A DNA stretch of 64,000 nucleotides from a virus (taxonomy: Duplodnaviria > Caudoviricetes), in the IMG/VR virus record IMGVR_UViG_3300047469_000103, positions 160,001-224,000 of that record; one strand, written 5' to 3'. The notes under the pieces were generated by a model. The model made no database searches. It worked only from the letters and a program-made list of their open reading frames with translations, and was not told the origin of the DNA. Made by a program: the position numbers and the translations under genes. Positions 17,305 to 25,902 of the stretch are shown here, piece by piece (positions within the stretch are counted from its first letter, which is position 1; each line of letters opens with the position of its first letter).

Positions 17305-18215
17305 TTGATTGGAAGCGTCACTTGCACAGTCGAGTCGAGAACTTCCGGTTGATTACGCCCGGTGTTTTTCGAGAAGTGGAATTGCGAACCGCAAACCTTG
17401 CAAGTTACTTTGCGATAATATGTATCATCATCGCGGCACCAATTGCCAGTGTCGGAGGTGCATTCTTCGGAACAGGATTCAGACGGATGGTCGCAGTGCG
17501 ATGCAATTTCTTTGATTGCAGATTTCGCACGTTCGATGATTTCTTGCTGCTTTATAATCGCCTGAGAAAGCATGCTACCGATAAGTTTTGCAGGCGCAGC
17601 GGTTGCGGCTTTTGCAGACAGCCAATGCGGCAAAACAAAATTGTACAAATCGCGACCGGGTTGGCTGTGCATAAACGCAGCGGCCATTTCCATACGATGT
17701 TTGCATTCGATCCAGACTTGCTCTTCCTTCATGTGCGTCCGTGGATGTTGCAGGAATGCAGGAAAAAGAATAATTGCATCACGCGCATAATGTACGCAGA
17801 TGCGACCGGCTGGTGTACTCCACTTACCCGTGTGGTGGAAGAAATCTTTCAGGAATTTTTTATCTACGTTGTACGACTCAGGAATTTCGTCGATCAGCGC
17901 AATTGATTCTTCCGTGCCGGGAGTCGTGCGTGCATTGGTATGGGCAATCACGTGGCAAATTGTCGCCTGCATTACGCCCATTTTCATTTCGTCGGGAATA
18001 TCTACGCGGGCGCTGCCTTTGCTAATGATCGTAGCCAGAACGTGCGCGGCTGCAATCACGGCATGGAACGTGAATTGGGAACCGGTGGCGAACCACAAAC
18101 CATACGCGAAATTTGCATTGTAATCACGTAGGAAAGATTCGCTTTCGACGATGCTCCAAGTGCGATGGCCTTCGGAGTCTTCGCCGGTGTGAACGCTTAC
18201 GCTAATGTTGCTCAT
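17301..18215 (-). CDS. Hypothetical protein with C-terminal Cys/His cluster
   Basis: CDH...C...CKVC; start refined to MSNISV. Confidence 0.7.
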   Translation of the reverse strand: MSNISVSVHTGEDSEGHRTWSIVESESFLRDYNANFAYGLWFATGSQFTFHAVIAAAHVLATIISKGSARVDIPDEMKMGVMQATICHVIAHTNARTTPGTEESIALIDEIPESYNVDKKFLKDFFHHTGKWSTPAGRICVHYARDAIILFPAFLQHPRTHMKEEQVWIECKHRMEMAAAFMHSQPGRDLYNFVLPHWLSAKAATAAPAKLIGSMLSQAIIKQQEIIERAKSAIKEIASHCDHPSESCSEECTSDTGNWCRDDDTYYRKVTCKVCGSQFHFSKNTGRNQPEVLDSTVQVTLPIK

Positions 18216-18517
18216 GCCTTTTCCCCTCGTGCGCAAAATATGCAGGTGAATGCGCGTTTGTCACCAGTGAATTCGTTTCTGCAATCGTGGCACGTGCCGA
18301 GGTAAGAACCGGGCGCGTAACCAGCGCTATGCAGTTGTGGAATTTGTGCGCCGAAACATGCAATTTCAGCAGTCACAATATCAGGAATCAAACGCTCCAT
18401 ATCTTCCGGGGTATTCGCTTTGTAAAGTGCGAGATACTTTTGTCGTGCCTCTTTGTGTGCGTCAAAGTTGTACGCAGAAGCATCCAGCCAAACGAAAAGA
18501 CGATCCCAATTTGTCAT
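18212..18517 (-). CDS. Hypothetical protein with C-terminal Zn ribbon
   Basis: GYAPGSYLGTCHDC...GDKRAFTCIFCA. Confidence 0.7.
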   Translation of the reverse strand: MTNWDRLFVWLDASAYNFDAHKEARQKYLALYKANTPEDMERLIPDIVTAEIACFGAQIPQLHSAGYAPGSYLGTCHDCRNEFTGDKRAFTCIFCARGEKA

Positions 18518-18538
18518 TTTTATTATCCGTTAAGTGGT

Positions 18539-18552
18539 GGCCGTCCGTGGCC
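18539..18552 (-). promoter_or_regulatory. Leader hairpin with ACGGAC loop (second copy)
   Basis: GGCC-ACGGAC-GGCC. Confidence 0.45.
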
Positions 18553-18562
18553 GGGAATCCTT

Positions 18563-18853
18563 TTACTCTTCGTCGTCGAAGGCGTAGATAAACGCGCCGC
18601 CGGAGAACGCGAGGTTTTCACCGAAACCGATAAACGCTTCAGTTTCTGCGTAGAAAGTTTTCAGTGCATTGCCAACGAAATAGGTACATTCGATTTGCAA
18701 CGGGCAGCCTTCGTTATCAACCAGTTTGGTTACGGTCATTGCAACGTTACCGTTACGCACAGCCGTCAACGCGCCCACATACGGGGTCATGTTTTCCAGC
18801 ACTGCGTCTTCGGCTTCGGTTGCTTCGACGTTTTGGTTTTCAACTTCAGACAT
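18563..18853 (-). CDS. Acidic hypothetical protein
   Basis: Start refined to MSEVEN with GGAG SD. Confidence 0.7.
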   Translation of the reverse strand: MSEVENQNVEATEAEDAVLENMTPYVGALTAVRNGNVAMTVTKLVDNEGCPLQIECTYFVGNALKTFYAETEAFIGFGENLAFSGGAFIYAFDDEE

Positions 18854-18866
18854 TTTCAACTCCATT

Positions 18867-19232
18867 TTAACGACGTTTTTTGGTCTTGCGGTTTTGCCGC
18901 TGCTGTTGACGAATGCGGGCACTCGCTACAGCAGAAAGCATTTCGGGAGTAAACGTAGGCGCTTGGCCTTCGCTCACTGCAATTTCGTTAAGCATTGCGC
19001 TCAGTTCAACTTTGCCAGCGTTGCGGGCCAGTGCATCCATCAAATCGTGTTTTTCCGTCAGTTCGGATTCTTCGATGGTTACGTTAGCGCTGATTTCTAC
19101 CGGCTCTTTGAGGTATGGCATTTCGTCAACGTGAATAATGTGCGGAGTCTCACCACGCAGGCGCGGGGCCGGGGCATTCTCTTCGGATTCGGCGTTGATC
19201 GCAGCCAACAGGTTCGGGTCGATTTCTTGCAT
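18867..19232 (-). CDS. Hypothetical protein
   Basis: Start refined to MQEIDP with GGAG SD. Confidence 0.7.
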   Translation of the reverse strand: MQEIDPNLLAAINAESEENAPAPRLRGETPHIIHVDEMPYLKEPVEISANVTIEESELTEKHDLMDALARNAGKVELSAMLNEIAVSEGQAPTFTPEMLSAVASARIRQQQRQNRKTKKRR

Positions 19233-19233
19233 G

Positions 19234-19611
19234 TTAATTACGCTCCAGAAAAATAGGTTTGTTTGAATTGCCTTGCAGTTGCACCACATACGAATAGCCG
19301 TCGCCGCTTTTGCTTTTCGTCGTGCGCACAACGCGCAATTTCAAATGATGTTCGAAGCTACCGAGTTCGACCAGCAGCGTTTTGCTCAGGTCGAGCGCTC
19401 GTTGATGTGAAAACAATTCCAGCACGAGTAAAAGGTTATCTTTCTTCCCGGCTTTTTCAGCACTGCGCACTTTGTACTGCACCAATTCACAGGCATGAAA
19501 TCCACGCTTGTCGATCAGGCGGATGATTGGCAGTGCGCCCTTGCCCACCTGATAGTTGCACATAAACAAAGTGGCAATCAGATATTTCAGAATTTCAGTT
19601 TCGTTTTGCAT
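19234..19611 (-). CDS. Hypothetical protein
   Basis: ORF track. Confidence 0.6.
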   Translation of the reverse strand: MQNETEILKYLIATLFMCNYQVGKGALPIIRLIDKRGFHACELVQYKVRSAEKAGKKDNLLLVLELFSHQRALDLSKTLLVELGSFEHHLKLRVVRTTKSKSGDGYSYVVQLQGNSNKPIFLERN

Positions 19612-20165
19612 TTCTGCATCACCATACGCACGGCAGCTTTTGTACCGAGCGAGTAGAAAACATGTGATAGTTTTTGACGGGATTCGAATTCTGCTTGCAC
19701 TTCCTCAAGGCTGATTGGCCCCATGTTGGTATGCTCCAGCGAAACGTTCATGTAGCGACGATCTTTTACAAGCGTGCTATGCAAATGTCCGTGTAGATTT
19801 CGTTTGCCGCGCAAGTGGTCAGGATGCAACGGGGCGTGAGTCATAATCAGACTTTTCCACCGGTACATGCTATGAACACTATTTACAGTTTTCAACTGGC
19901 TGATAAATTCCGCACTCACGTATTCGGTACAATGGTTGCCGAGAATCACAACCTTTTTACCGGGGAAACTATCGAAGCGTTCCCAACCTTCTTTCGTGAA
20001 TGCAATGTCGCCTAAAACGTAAGTCGTATCGCGCTTGTTACTGCGCACTTGTTCACGCCACCGCATTTCTACAAAATCATCGTGCGCTTCCACGGATGGA
20101 AAATTGCGGTACGTGTGAATTTGTTTGTGGCCCAAATGCAGGTCTGCACATCCGAATGCGCCCAT
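19587..20165 (-). CDS. Calcineurin-like metallophosphoesterase
   Basis: DLHLGH, GD, GNH, H and GHLH metal-binding motifs. Confidence 0.9.
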   Translation of the reverse strand: MGAFGCADLHLGHKQIHTYRNFPSVEAHDDFVEMRWREQVRSNKRDTTYVLGDIAFTKEGWERFDSFPGKKVVILGNHCTEYVSAEFISQLKTVNSVHSMYRWKSLIMTHAPLHPDHLRGKRNLHGHLHSTLVKDRRYMNVSLEHTNMGPISLEEVQAEFESRQKLSHVFYSLGTKAAVRMVMQKCKTKLKF

Positions 20166-20671
20166 TACAAGTCCTTGTTATATTTTGGATTGGCGATTTG
20201 TAGCATCAAAGTTTCGGCATGGCTGGTGTACGATTGAACTTCCCACAACAGGCCGTCGTAGAAAATGCTTTCGGTAAAAATAACGAATTTCTTCAGCATC
20301 GCCAGCAAGTCAGGATAGCTGGTGATTCGCAGATTACCGGAGCCGAGATATTCCGCCTGTGCGGTTTCAGTGCCGATTACAATATCCGTTGCCGACGTGA
20401 CCACATCATCTTTAAACGTGCGCCAGTTGTTGTGGCAGAAAATCGTCGGCTGCAATTCAGTGTTGTCGTGTTTCACGTAGAGCGTCATCGGTGAACGTTC
20501 GTATTCACCTGCAATCTTTTCGTCTTTGTTTCCGTTGCGGTCGTTTGCAGTGTTCCACAATTCCCAACCACCGGAACGCGTAGCCATCAGACGCACGGAA
20601 TACGGCAGGTTGAAAAGTTCGTACAACCGATTGTTCGCGGCGATTACAACGTCATGGTAGGAGTTGTGCAT
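20165..20671 (-). CDS. Hypothetical protein
   Basis: Coupled ORF. Confidence 0.7.
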   Translation of the reverse strand: MHNSYHDVVIAANNRLYELFNLPYSVRLMATRSGGWELWNTANDRNGNKDEKIAGEYERSPMTLYVKHDNTELQPTIFCHNNWRTFKDDVVTSATDIVIGTETAQAEYLGSGNLRITSYPDLLAMLKKFVIFTESIFYDGLLWEVQSYTSHAETLMLQIANPKYNKDL

Positions 20672-21041
20672 TTCGTTCTTCCATCAAAATGAAAAGATTT
20701 GTGATGTTTACTTCGCGGCCACTGTCTTCCAACTGCTTGCGGTATTCTTGGCCGTCGTAAATCTTGCTGACCGCGCCCCACAGTTTATCCATGCCGAACT
20801 TTTCAACAAAGAAGTCACAGCCGCGCTGATAACGACGATTCATCATTTCCAACATTTCAGTGTCGTTCCGTTTAACAGCGGAATGCAGCAGAATAAATTC
20901 CAACTGGGACAGGCGAGGGCAGTACGTCTTTTCATGTACAACTTCTGCCATCGCTTTGCCGAGTTCTTCAAACGGGTTTTTGCGGTTGTGATCTTCCAGC
21001 ACCTGTTTGATGTGGTTGCGCAGTTCGTCTTTGTTCGACAT
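20652..21041 (-). CDS. Hypothetical protein
   Basis: AAGGA SD. Confidence 0.7.
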   Translation of the reverse strand: MSNKDELRNHIKQVLEDHNRKNPFEELGKAMAEVVHEKTYCPRLSQLEFILLHSAVKRNDTEMLEMMNRRYQRGCDFFVEKFGMDKLWGAVSKIYDGQEYRKQLEDSGREVNITNLFILMEERNAQLLP

Positions 21042-21051
21042 GGATATTTCC

Positions 21052-21522
21052 TTACGCCACGAGTTTATCTGCGAGCGCTAAAACGTCAGTGAAGTGTCCG
21101 GCGTTGGCAGCTTCCATTGCGTAATCTGCCAAATCAAGACCAGTAGTATTTGCATAGGCGCGAACGGCAGCATACATCGGGTATTTCTGCCACACCGGAA
21201 CTTTCAGAACCGTCATTGCTTCGAAGAAAATCGCATCGCATTGTTCGCGAGTGATGTACACGATTACGCCGTTAACCATTACCTGTCGCGTGGTGCAAAG
21301 GTAATCGTGAATTACTGCGGCTTTTCCGTACTTGCCATTCGGCGGCAACAGCCAGCGAATCCACCACGGGGTCGATGCCAAATCGGTACGATAACCAACC
21401 GGCACGTCTACGCTGATTCCGGTTCCGAGTGCGCCAATGATGTAGGCGAACAATTGCCAAATAACGTAATGGATTCCGTCGTCTTCAAATTCCGCAACGA
21501 GGGGAGTTGTGAAACTACTCAT
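21052..21522 (-). CDS. DUF1353 family protein
   Basis: VPVGYRTDLASTP...YGKAAVIHDYLC...DAIFFEAM signature. Confidence 0.85.
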   Translation of the reverse strand: MSSFTTPLVAEFEDDGIHYVIWQLFAYIIGALGTGISVDVPVGYRTDLASTPWWIRWLLPPNGKYGKAAVIHDYLCTTRQVMVNGVIVYITREQCDAIFFEAMTVLKVPVWQKYPMYAAVRAYANTTGLDLADYAMEAANAGHFTDVLALADKLVA

Positions 21523-21862
21523 TTTTACCTTCTGGATAAAGTGTCAGGCTAATCGCCCAGCGTTCGACGCCGGGGCTAACCATAAAGTTTTCGTGAATGT
21601 CGGTTAAGTCCCAGTCGGAACGTTCCAACAAATGGAATTTTGCAGCCATTACCGGACTGAAAAGCAGCGCACGAATATATGCGTTCTTCACAAACGAAAG
21701 CTGTTCGGAACTGCCATGCACGTGCATGTCTACAGTCAGTGAGTCGCCGCTCAAAGGCAGCGTGATTTTTTCAACAGATGCAGTCATCCATTGGCCCATG
21801 AAAATGCGCACGGTGCCGCCAACGGCTTTAACTTTGGTCAAATGTTCGTAAGATTTATTCAC
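21515..21862 (-). CDS. Hypothetical protein
   Basis: GTG start directly after the upstream TAA. Confidence 0.6.
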   Translation of the reverse strand: MNKSYEHLTKVKAVGGTVRIFMGQWMTASVEKITLPLSGDSLTVDMHVHGSSEQLSFVKNAYIRALLFSPVMAAKFHLLERSDWDLTDIHENFMVSPGVERWAISLTLYPEGKNE

Positions 21863-21863
21863 T

Positions 21864-22259
21864 TTATTTCGGCACCTGATAAAAGTATTCGAGTCGGAGT
21901 TCGAAGGTAACGGCAAGCACGCCGCACACGGGTTCATAGCCCAGCATCTTGTAATCGAAACTATCGAAATAGAAGCCTTCGTAATTAAACGAGAAGTGCC
22001 AGCCTTCCATGTTGTTCTGGTAGCCTTGGCCCACGTCATATAGCAAGCGGCACATGTACTGCGGATGCAATTCAATCCGAATGCGCGTCTTCAGTACGTG
22101 CAATTGACTGGTGCCGAAATTCTCTTCGAAAGATTCAACTTCTTCGACGTTCGCCATGTAGCACGCACCGTTCCAGAACGGCAATTTCATGTCCGAGGTA
22201 GCTGCAATTTTAAAAGCAGATACAAGTTTGGTAAACTGCTTTATTGATTCGACTCGCAT
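21864..22259 (-). CDS. Hypothetical protein
   Basis: ORF track. Confidence 0.7.
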   Translation of the reverse strand: MRVESIKQFTKLVSAFKIAATSDMKLPFWNGACYMANVEEVESFEENFGTSQLHVLKTRIRIELHPQYMCRLLYDVGQGYQNNMEGWHFSFNYEGFYFDSFDYKMLGYEPVCGVLAVTFELRLEYFYQVPK

Positions 22260-22882
22260 TTTATGAATCTCCCAAATCGTTTTTGGATTTCATGTTCGTA
22301 GTGACGCAGGCGCGTGTGCTTGCCGTATTGGTAGTCAGACACCGCCGTGAATTTTATCGTGATGGTTTCGCGTGAATGTTTCGCTGTACCAAACTGTGCG
22401 TCCATGTCGGAAAGATAGAACAGCATTCCGCCAATGTTGACCGGGCGCATTTCATCACCTTTGAACACGGCTTCTGAGAGCGCTTGGTATTTAGCCCAAA
22501 TCTTTTTTTCGTCGCTGTGATACAAAGTCGTGGTAAGTACGAACGTCGGCGGGCAACCGGCGAAACTCATTGTGTGCCCCATCCACTCTACGTTAGTGAC
22601 GCTTTGTTCATGCAGGGCATTGACCGGAACGAACACGTAAGATTCGTCTTTAATATTCAGCAGAATCAGTTTCGGTTTCCGTTTCCCCGCTGGATCAAGG
22701 CAGAAATACCGCATCAATTCGCGCATGCTTTTGTGATACTGCTTGTCGTATTTGAAATACGCCAAACGCTCAGCAAGCGGCACCGGTTTATCAGCTTGTC
22801 GATATTTGATTCGACCGGGCGGCTCTGACTCATCAAAGTCTAAATCGTCTTCTTCGTGGTAATCATGATCGTCATCGCACAT
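22241..22882 (-). CDS. Hypothetical protein
   Basis: GAGGA SD; acidic N-terminus. Confidence 0.7.
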   Translation of the reverse strand: MCDDDHDYHEEDDLDFDESEPPGRIKYRQADKPVPLAERLAYFKYDKQYHKSMRELMRYFCLDPAGKRKPKLILLNIKDESYVFVPVNALHEQSVTNVEWMGHTMSFAGCPPTFVLTTTLYHSDEKKIWAKYQALSEAVFKGDEMRPVNIGGMLFYLSDMDAQFGTAKHSRETITIKFTAVSDYQYGKHTRLRHYEHEIQKRFGRFIKCESNQ

Positions 22883-22932
22883 GGCAAGTCCTCTTCAGGT
22901 ATGTCATGTATTTACAGTTTTACGCACCAACG

Positions 22933-22965
22933 AAAAAGCCCCCGAATCCGAAAGGAAACGAGGGC
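22933..22965 (-). terminator. Intrinsic terminator closing the frameshift unit
   Basis: GCCCTCG...CGGGGGC stem plus TTTTT. Confidence 0.7.
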
Positions 22966-22970
22966 CGTCG

Positions 22971-23792
22971 TTAAGCATAGATCAAATCACGCACTTCAAA
23001 ACCTTCAAACGAATGCAACAGAACAAAGTCTGAATAATTCGTCGTTGTGTAAATCGCATCCGCCGTAGCCACTGCACCGTTCGCCAAGGAAAGCGCCGGG
23101 GCATTCAGGTCGGAGAAAACAAAAGTCCACACACCGTTTTTGCAGTTGAAGAAAACAGGCGATTGATCGTCAGTTGCATAGGCAGAAACAACAACGATTT
23201 CTTTAACCGCGTCGTACCACATATCCGTCACAGTGAAACCTTCGATATTCGTAACGCCTTCGGAGACAAGTTGCCCCATGCGCCCGCTGAAAGTTTCCAG
23301 AGTGTTTGGCGTGTTAACCGTCACATGGAATTTATTGCTAAACGCCATGTTAACCACACCTTCGCCCACGGTCACAACGTCCCACAATGGGCCGTACATA
23401 ATCCGACCGTCTGCTGTGCCGAACAGTGGAATTCCATTCACGTTTAACGACGATGTGAAAACCGTTGCGTCTTCGTGAACAGTCTGCCAAGTAGTGCCAT
23501 CAAATGATCGAATACCGAAACCGTTTTCTGCGACATAGAATTTCGTGCCGGAGAAAACCACGTGACTGCACTCACCAAAAACTACATCTTCAGCATTCCA
23601 GTCTTGCTTGTCAGTAGACGTAAAAATCCCTTCGCCTACTGCGACATAAATTCCTTTGCCCGTTGCAATGTCGTTTATTTTTGCTGGAACAGATGCAGGT
23701 ACAAAACCATCAGATGTTTGAACGTAAATTCCATCTTGGTTAGTACCTGAGCCACCGACTACAAATGCTTGTCGTGGAGCAGGTTTTACGAC
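22971..23792 (-). CDS. Startless -1 frame encoding a beta-propeller-like extension (273 aa), reached by frameshift from 23786-24736
   Basis: 77 open codons upstream of the track GTG (23561) with no ATG/GTG/TTG; bounded upstream by TGA; IYVAVGEGIFTSTDKQDW-type repeats. Confidence 0.8.
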   Translation of the reverse strand, partial: VVKPAPRQAFVVGGSGTNQDGIYVQTSDGFVPASVPAKINDIATGKGIYVAVGEGIFTSTDKQDWNAEDVVFGECSHVVFSGTKFYVAENGFGIRSFDGTTWQTVHEDATVFTSSLNVNGIPLFGTADGRIMYGPLWDVVTVGEGVVNMAFSNKFHVTVNTPNTLETFSGRMGQLVSEGVTNIEGFTVTDMWYDAVKEIVVVSAYATDDQSPVFFNCKNGVWTFVFSDLNAPALSLANGAVATADAIYTTTNYSDFVLLHSFEGFEVRDLIYA

Positions 23793-23798
23793 TTTTTT
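23745..23798 (-). promoter_or_regulatory. -1 programmed ribosomal frameshift signal
   Basis: A_AAA_AAG at 23798-23792, 7-nt spacer, hairpin ACCTG/CAGGT, CCAC/GTGG, ACAA/TTGT at 23784-23745. Confidence 0.8.
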
Positions 23799-24736
23799 GT
23801 GACGAACGCCGTTGCTTCAACGAGTACAGGTTCACCACTGCCAAACTTCGGCGTAGCGACCAGAACAATCGAGAATTCACCGAGCGGAGAACCAGCTTTA
23901 TTTCGTTCAACGGTTGACGGAATGTAATCGCTGATATGACGGAACGCGTACTGCTGAATCATTTGCGTAACAGACAGGTCGCCGTTGGTTGCCGAGTCAG
24001 CCACAACACGCGAGCCGCTGTTGTACCAAACGTAGTTTTTTGCAGTGCCGTTGTACGCCAGTTGCAAATCCCACTTCAGTGCATTTTCAGTGGCGGTCGG
24101 ATCAACGTCGATCATCAAAGAAATGTCGTACATATCCGTAACGTTTGGCACGTCAGGATTCAGCGAGCCGACGCTAACTGCAAACGTCCAGTTTTCCAGC
24201 GTATCCAATTCGATATCGAACGCGCCAGCGCCGTCACCGTAATAGGTCGCATCGTTGTATTTGCGAATTGCCAAACCCATTTCGATATCGGAGTTTTTAC
24301 CGATTACGAAATCGTCAGCCGGATTACCAATACCCGAAAGCATGTATTGTTTTCCGTCGTCGCCTTCAATAACAAAAGTGATTTCACCTTTGCCTGTTGC
24401 AACAAGCGGTTCATAACCAACGTCACCCAACGCGCCACTTGGAACGAATGGGCCGACAGCAATACAAATACCGCCCAAATACATCGACATGATTTTGCCG
24501 TCGATTGCAGTGGTGATGCCTTCCAGCGTCATTGCAGTTGTTGCGCCGTAATAGTTACTGATCGAAGTACGGAATGCTTGGCTATTAAAAATCTCCAACA
24601 TTTCTTCTTCGGTTACTTGAATGCGGCGGGTCTTCGGAGGGGAACCGGCTTCGTTAATGGCGGCGATGATTTGCGCCAAGACGCCTGTATAATCCTGAAC
24701 TTCCATAAGGGTTTCCTGTGTAATTAAGGAAGACAT
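23786..24736 (-). CDS. Probable virion protein (beta-rich, acidic); short form of the frameshift pair
   Basis: 316 aa ending TKKS; late-type motif upstream. Confidence 0.8.
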   Translation of the reverse strand: MSSLITQETLMEVQDYTGVLAQIIAAINEAGSPPKTRRIQVTEEEMLEIFNSQAFRTSISNYYGATTAMTLEGITTAIDGKIMSMYLGGICIAVGPFVPSGALGDVGYEPLVATGKGEITFVIEGDDGKQYMLSGIGNPADDFVIGKNSDIEMGLAIRKYNDATYYGDGAGAFDIELDTLENWTFAVSVGSLNPDVPNVTDMYDISLMIDVDPTATENALKWDLQLAYNGTAKNYVWYNSGSRVVADSATNGDLSVTQMIQQYAFRHISDYIPSTVERNKAGSPLGEFSIVLVATPKFGSGEPVLVEATAFVTKKS

Positions 24737-24769
24737 TATCTCCCTTTATTTAAAAGGAGGACTCCCTAT

Positions 24770-24776
24770 TAAATTA
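24770..24776 (-). promoter_or_regulatory. Candidate late promoter TAATTTA
   Basis: 34 nt upstream of 24736. Confidence 0.5.
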
Positions 24777-25097
24777 GCGCTTTGCTTGATCCATAATGCG
24801 CGACCACATTTCGTTCGTGAAAACTTCTTTGTCGTCATGGAACTTTTCTACGTTATCGCCACACTGCGAACAGAAGTTTACGCGGATGATGTGGCCCGGA
24901 TGTGGCAATGCTTTTCGCGAGGTATTGAATTCGATTACCTGTTCACCGAATTCCTGAAGTTTTTCGCCCCAATCCTTTTTCGATACAGTCTTGCCTGCAA
25001 TCAAAGCGATAATGCACGCGCCCGGTTCACATGGTTTGATTATCCCGGCCTTTACTTCGTCGCGTAGCGTAGCGTTACAGCGTGCAGAAAGTTCCAT
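24774..25097 (-). CDS. Cys-containing hypothetical protein
   Basis: C...CSQC. Confidence 0.65.
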   Translation of the reverse strand: MELSARCNATLRDEVKAGIIKPCEPGACIIALIAGKTVSKKDWGEKLQEFGEQVIEFNTSRKALPHPGHIIRVNFCSQCGDNVEKFHDDKEVFTNEMWSRIMDQAKR

Positions 25098-25352
25098 TTA
25101 TAGTTCCTCGTATTTAAACAAACGATACGCATGCTTTGTCATTTTCCAGCCTTCCAGCAATGCGACAAAGCCAGCCACCAAAACCAACACGCCCAACACA
25201 CAATAGGCGATTTCATGCTTTGTCATTTCGTGTTCGGTCATCCACTCAATACGCGCGTAGGACACGTAAGCGGAGAATGCGATAAGGGCAATCACTGCCA
25301 GATTAACAGTGGTGACAAACAGCAGAAAAACAATGCTAAAGAAACGATTCAT
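25098..25352 (-). CDS. Two-TM membrane protein
   Basis: Start refined to MNRFFSIV; two hydrophobic helices. Confidence 0.7.
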   Translation of the reverse strand: MNRFFSIVFLLFVTTVNLAVIALIAFSAYVSYARIEWMTEHEMTKHEIAYCVLGVLVLVAGFVALLEGWKMTKHAYRLFKYEEL

Positions 25353-25612
25353 TAAAAGTAATCCGGGTAAACGTTCGGGTTGAATAACTTGCGCACCGTG
25401 CGAATGAGCAGACACACGGAAGCGACGATACCAACGCCGAGAAAAAAGAGGGGTAACATCACGCCAGCCGCCATCGAATAAGCGGCATGAACTGCAACGT
25501 CGTCGCGATGAAATTGCGAGTAGATAACGCTCAAAGTAATTCCGGCATAAGCCAGACCAACAGCCGCGATTGTGACGCACACCAACGAAATCACAATATG
25601 AAATAAGCGCAT
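25352..25612 (-). CDS. Two-TM membrane protein
   Basis: AAGGA SD; two hydrophobic helices. Confidence 0.7.
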   Translation of the reverse strand: MRLFHIVISLVCVTIAAVGLAYAGITLSVIYSQFHRDDVAVHAAYSMAAGVMLPLFFLGVGIVASVCLLIRTVRKLFNPNVYPDYF

Positions 25613-25644
25613 CAGGATAGTCCTTTATTGGTTGGTATACGAAA

Positions 25645-25677
25645 AACGGGATTTACCGAAAATGGCAAACCCCGCTT
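25645..25677 (-). terminator. Intrinsic terminator
   Basis: CGGGGTTTGCC/GGTAAATCCCG stem (with GU pairs) plus TTTTT. Confidence 0.6.
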
Positions 25678-25680
25678 TTG

Positions 25681-25902
25681 TTAAAACTTCGCTTCTTTTA
25701 CATTCCGATGCACTTGCAGATAAGCGATGATGTAGATCGCACCAATCCACATTGCACCGCCGAGCCACGACAACAGCACGGCTGCATATTCGAAATAGCC
25801 GCCGAGTGAATTGAGGTAGTCGCCCACATAACAAATCAACCATGTAATTAAGCACATGAGAACAACGGTTGCGAACGAAAGTATGTGAGCGAAATTTCTC
25901 AT
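25681..25902 (-). CDS. Two-TM membrane protein
   Basis: Hydrophobic; coupled to dcd. Confidence 0.65.
   Translation of the reverse strand: MRNFAHILSFATVVLMCLITWLICYVGDYLNSLGGYFEYAAVLLSWLGGAMWIGAIYIIAYLQVHRNVKEAKF

Noticed and set aside
21515-22882. Three adjacent genes as remote paralogs (NVE/SVE segments)
   Set aside because: Similarity too short to support without profile comparison.
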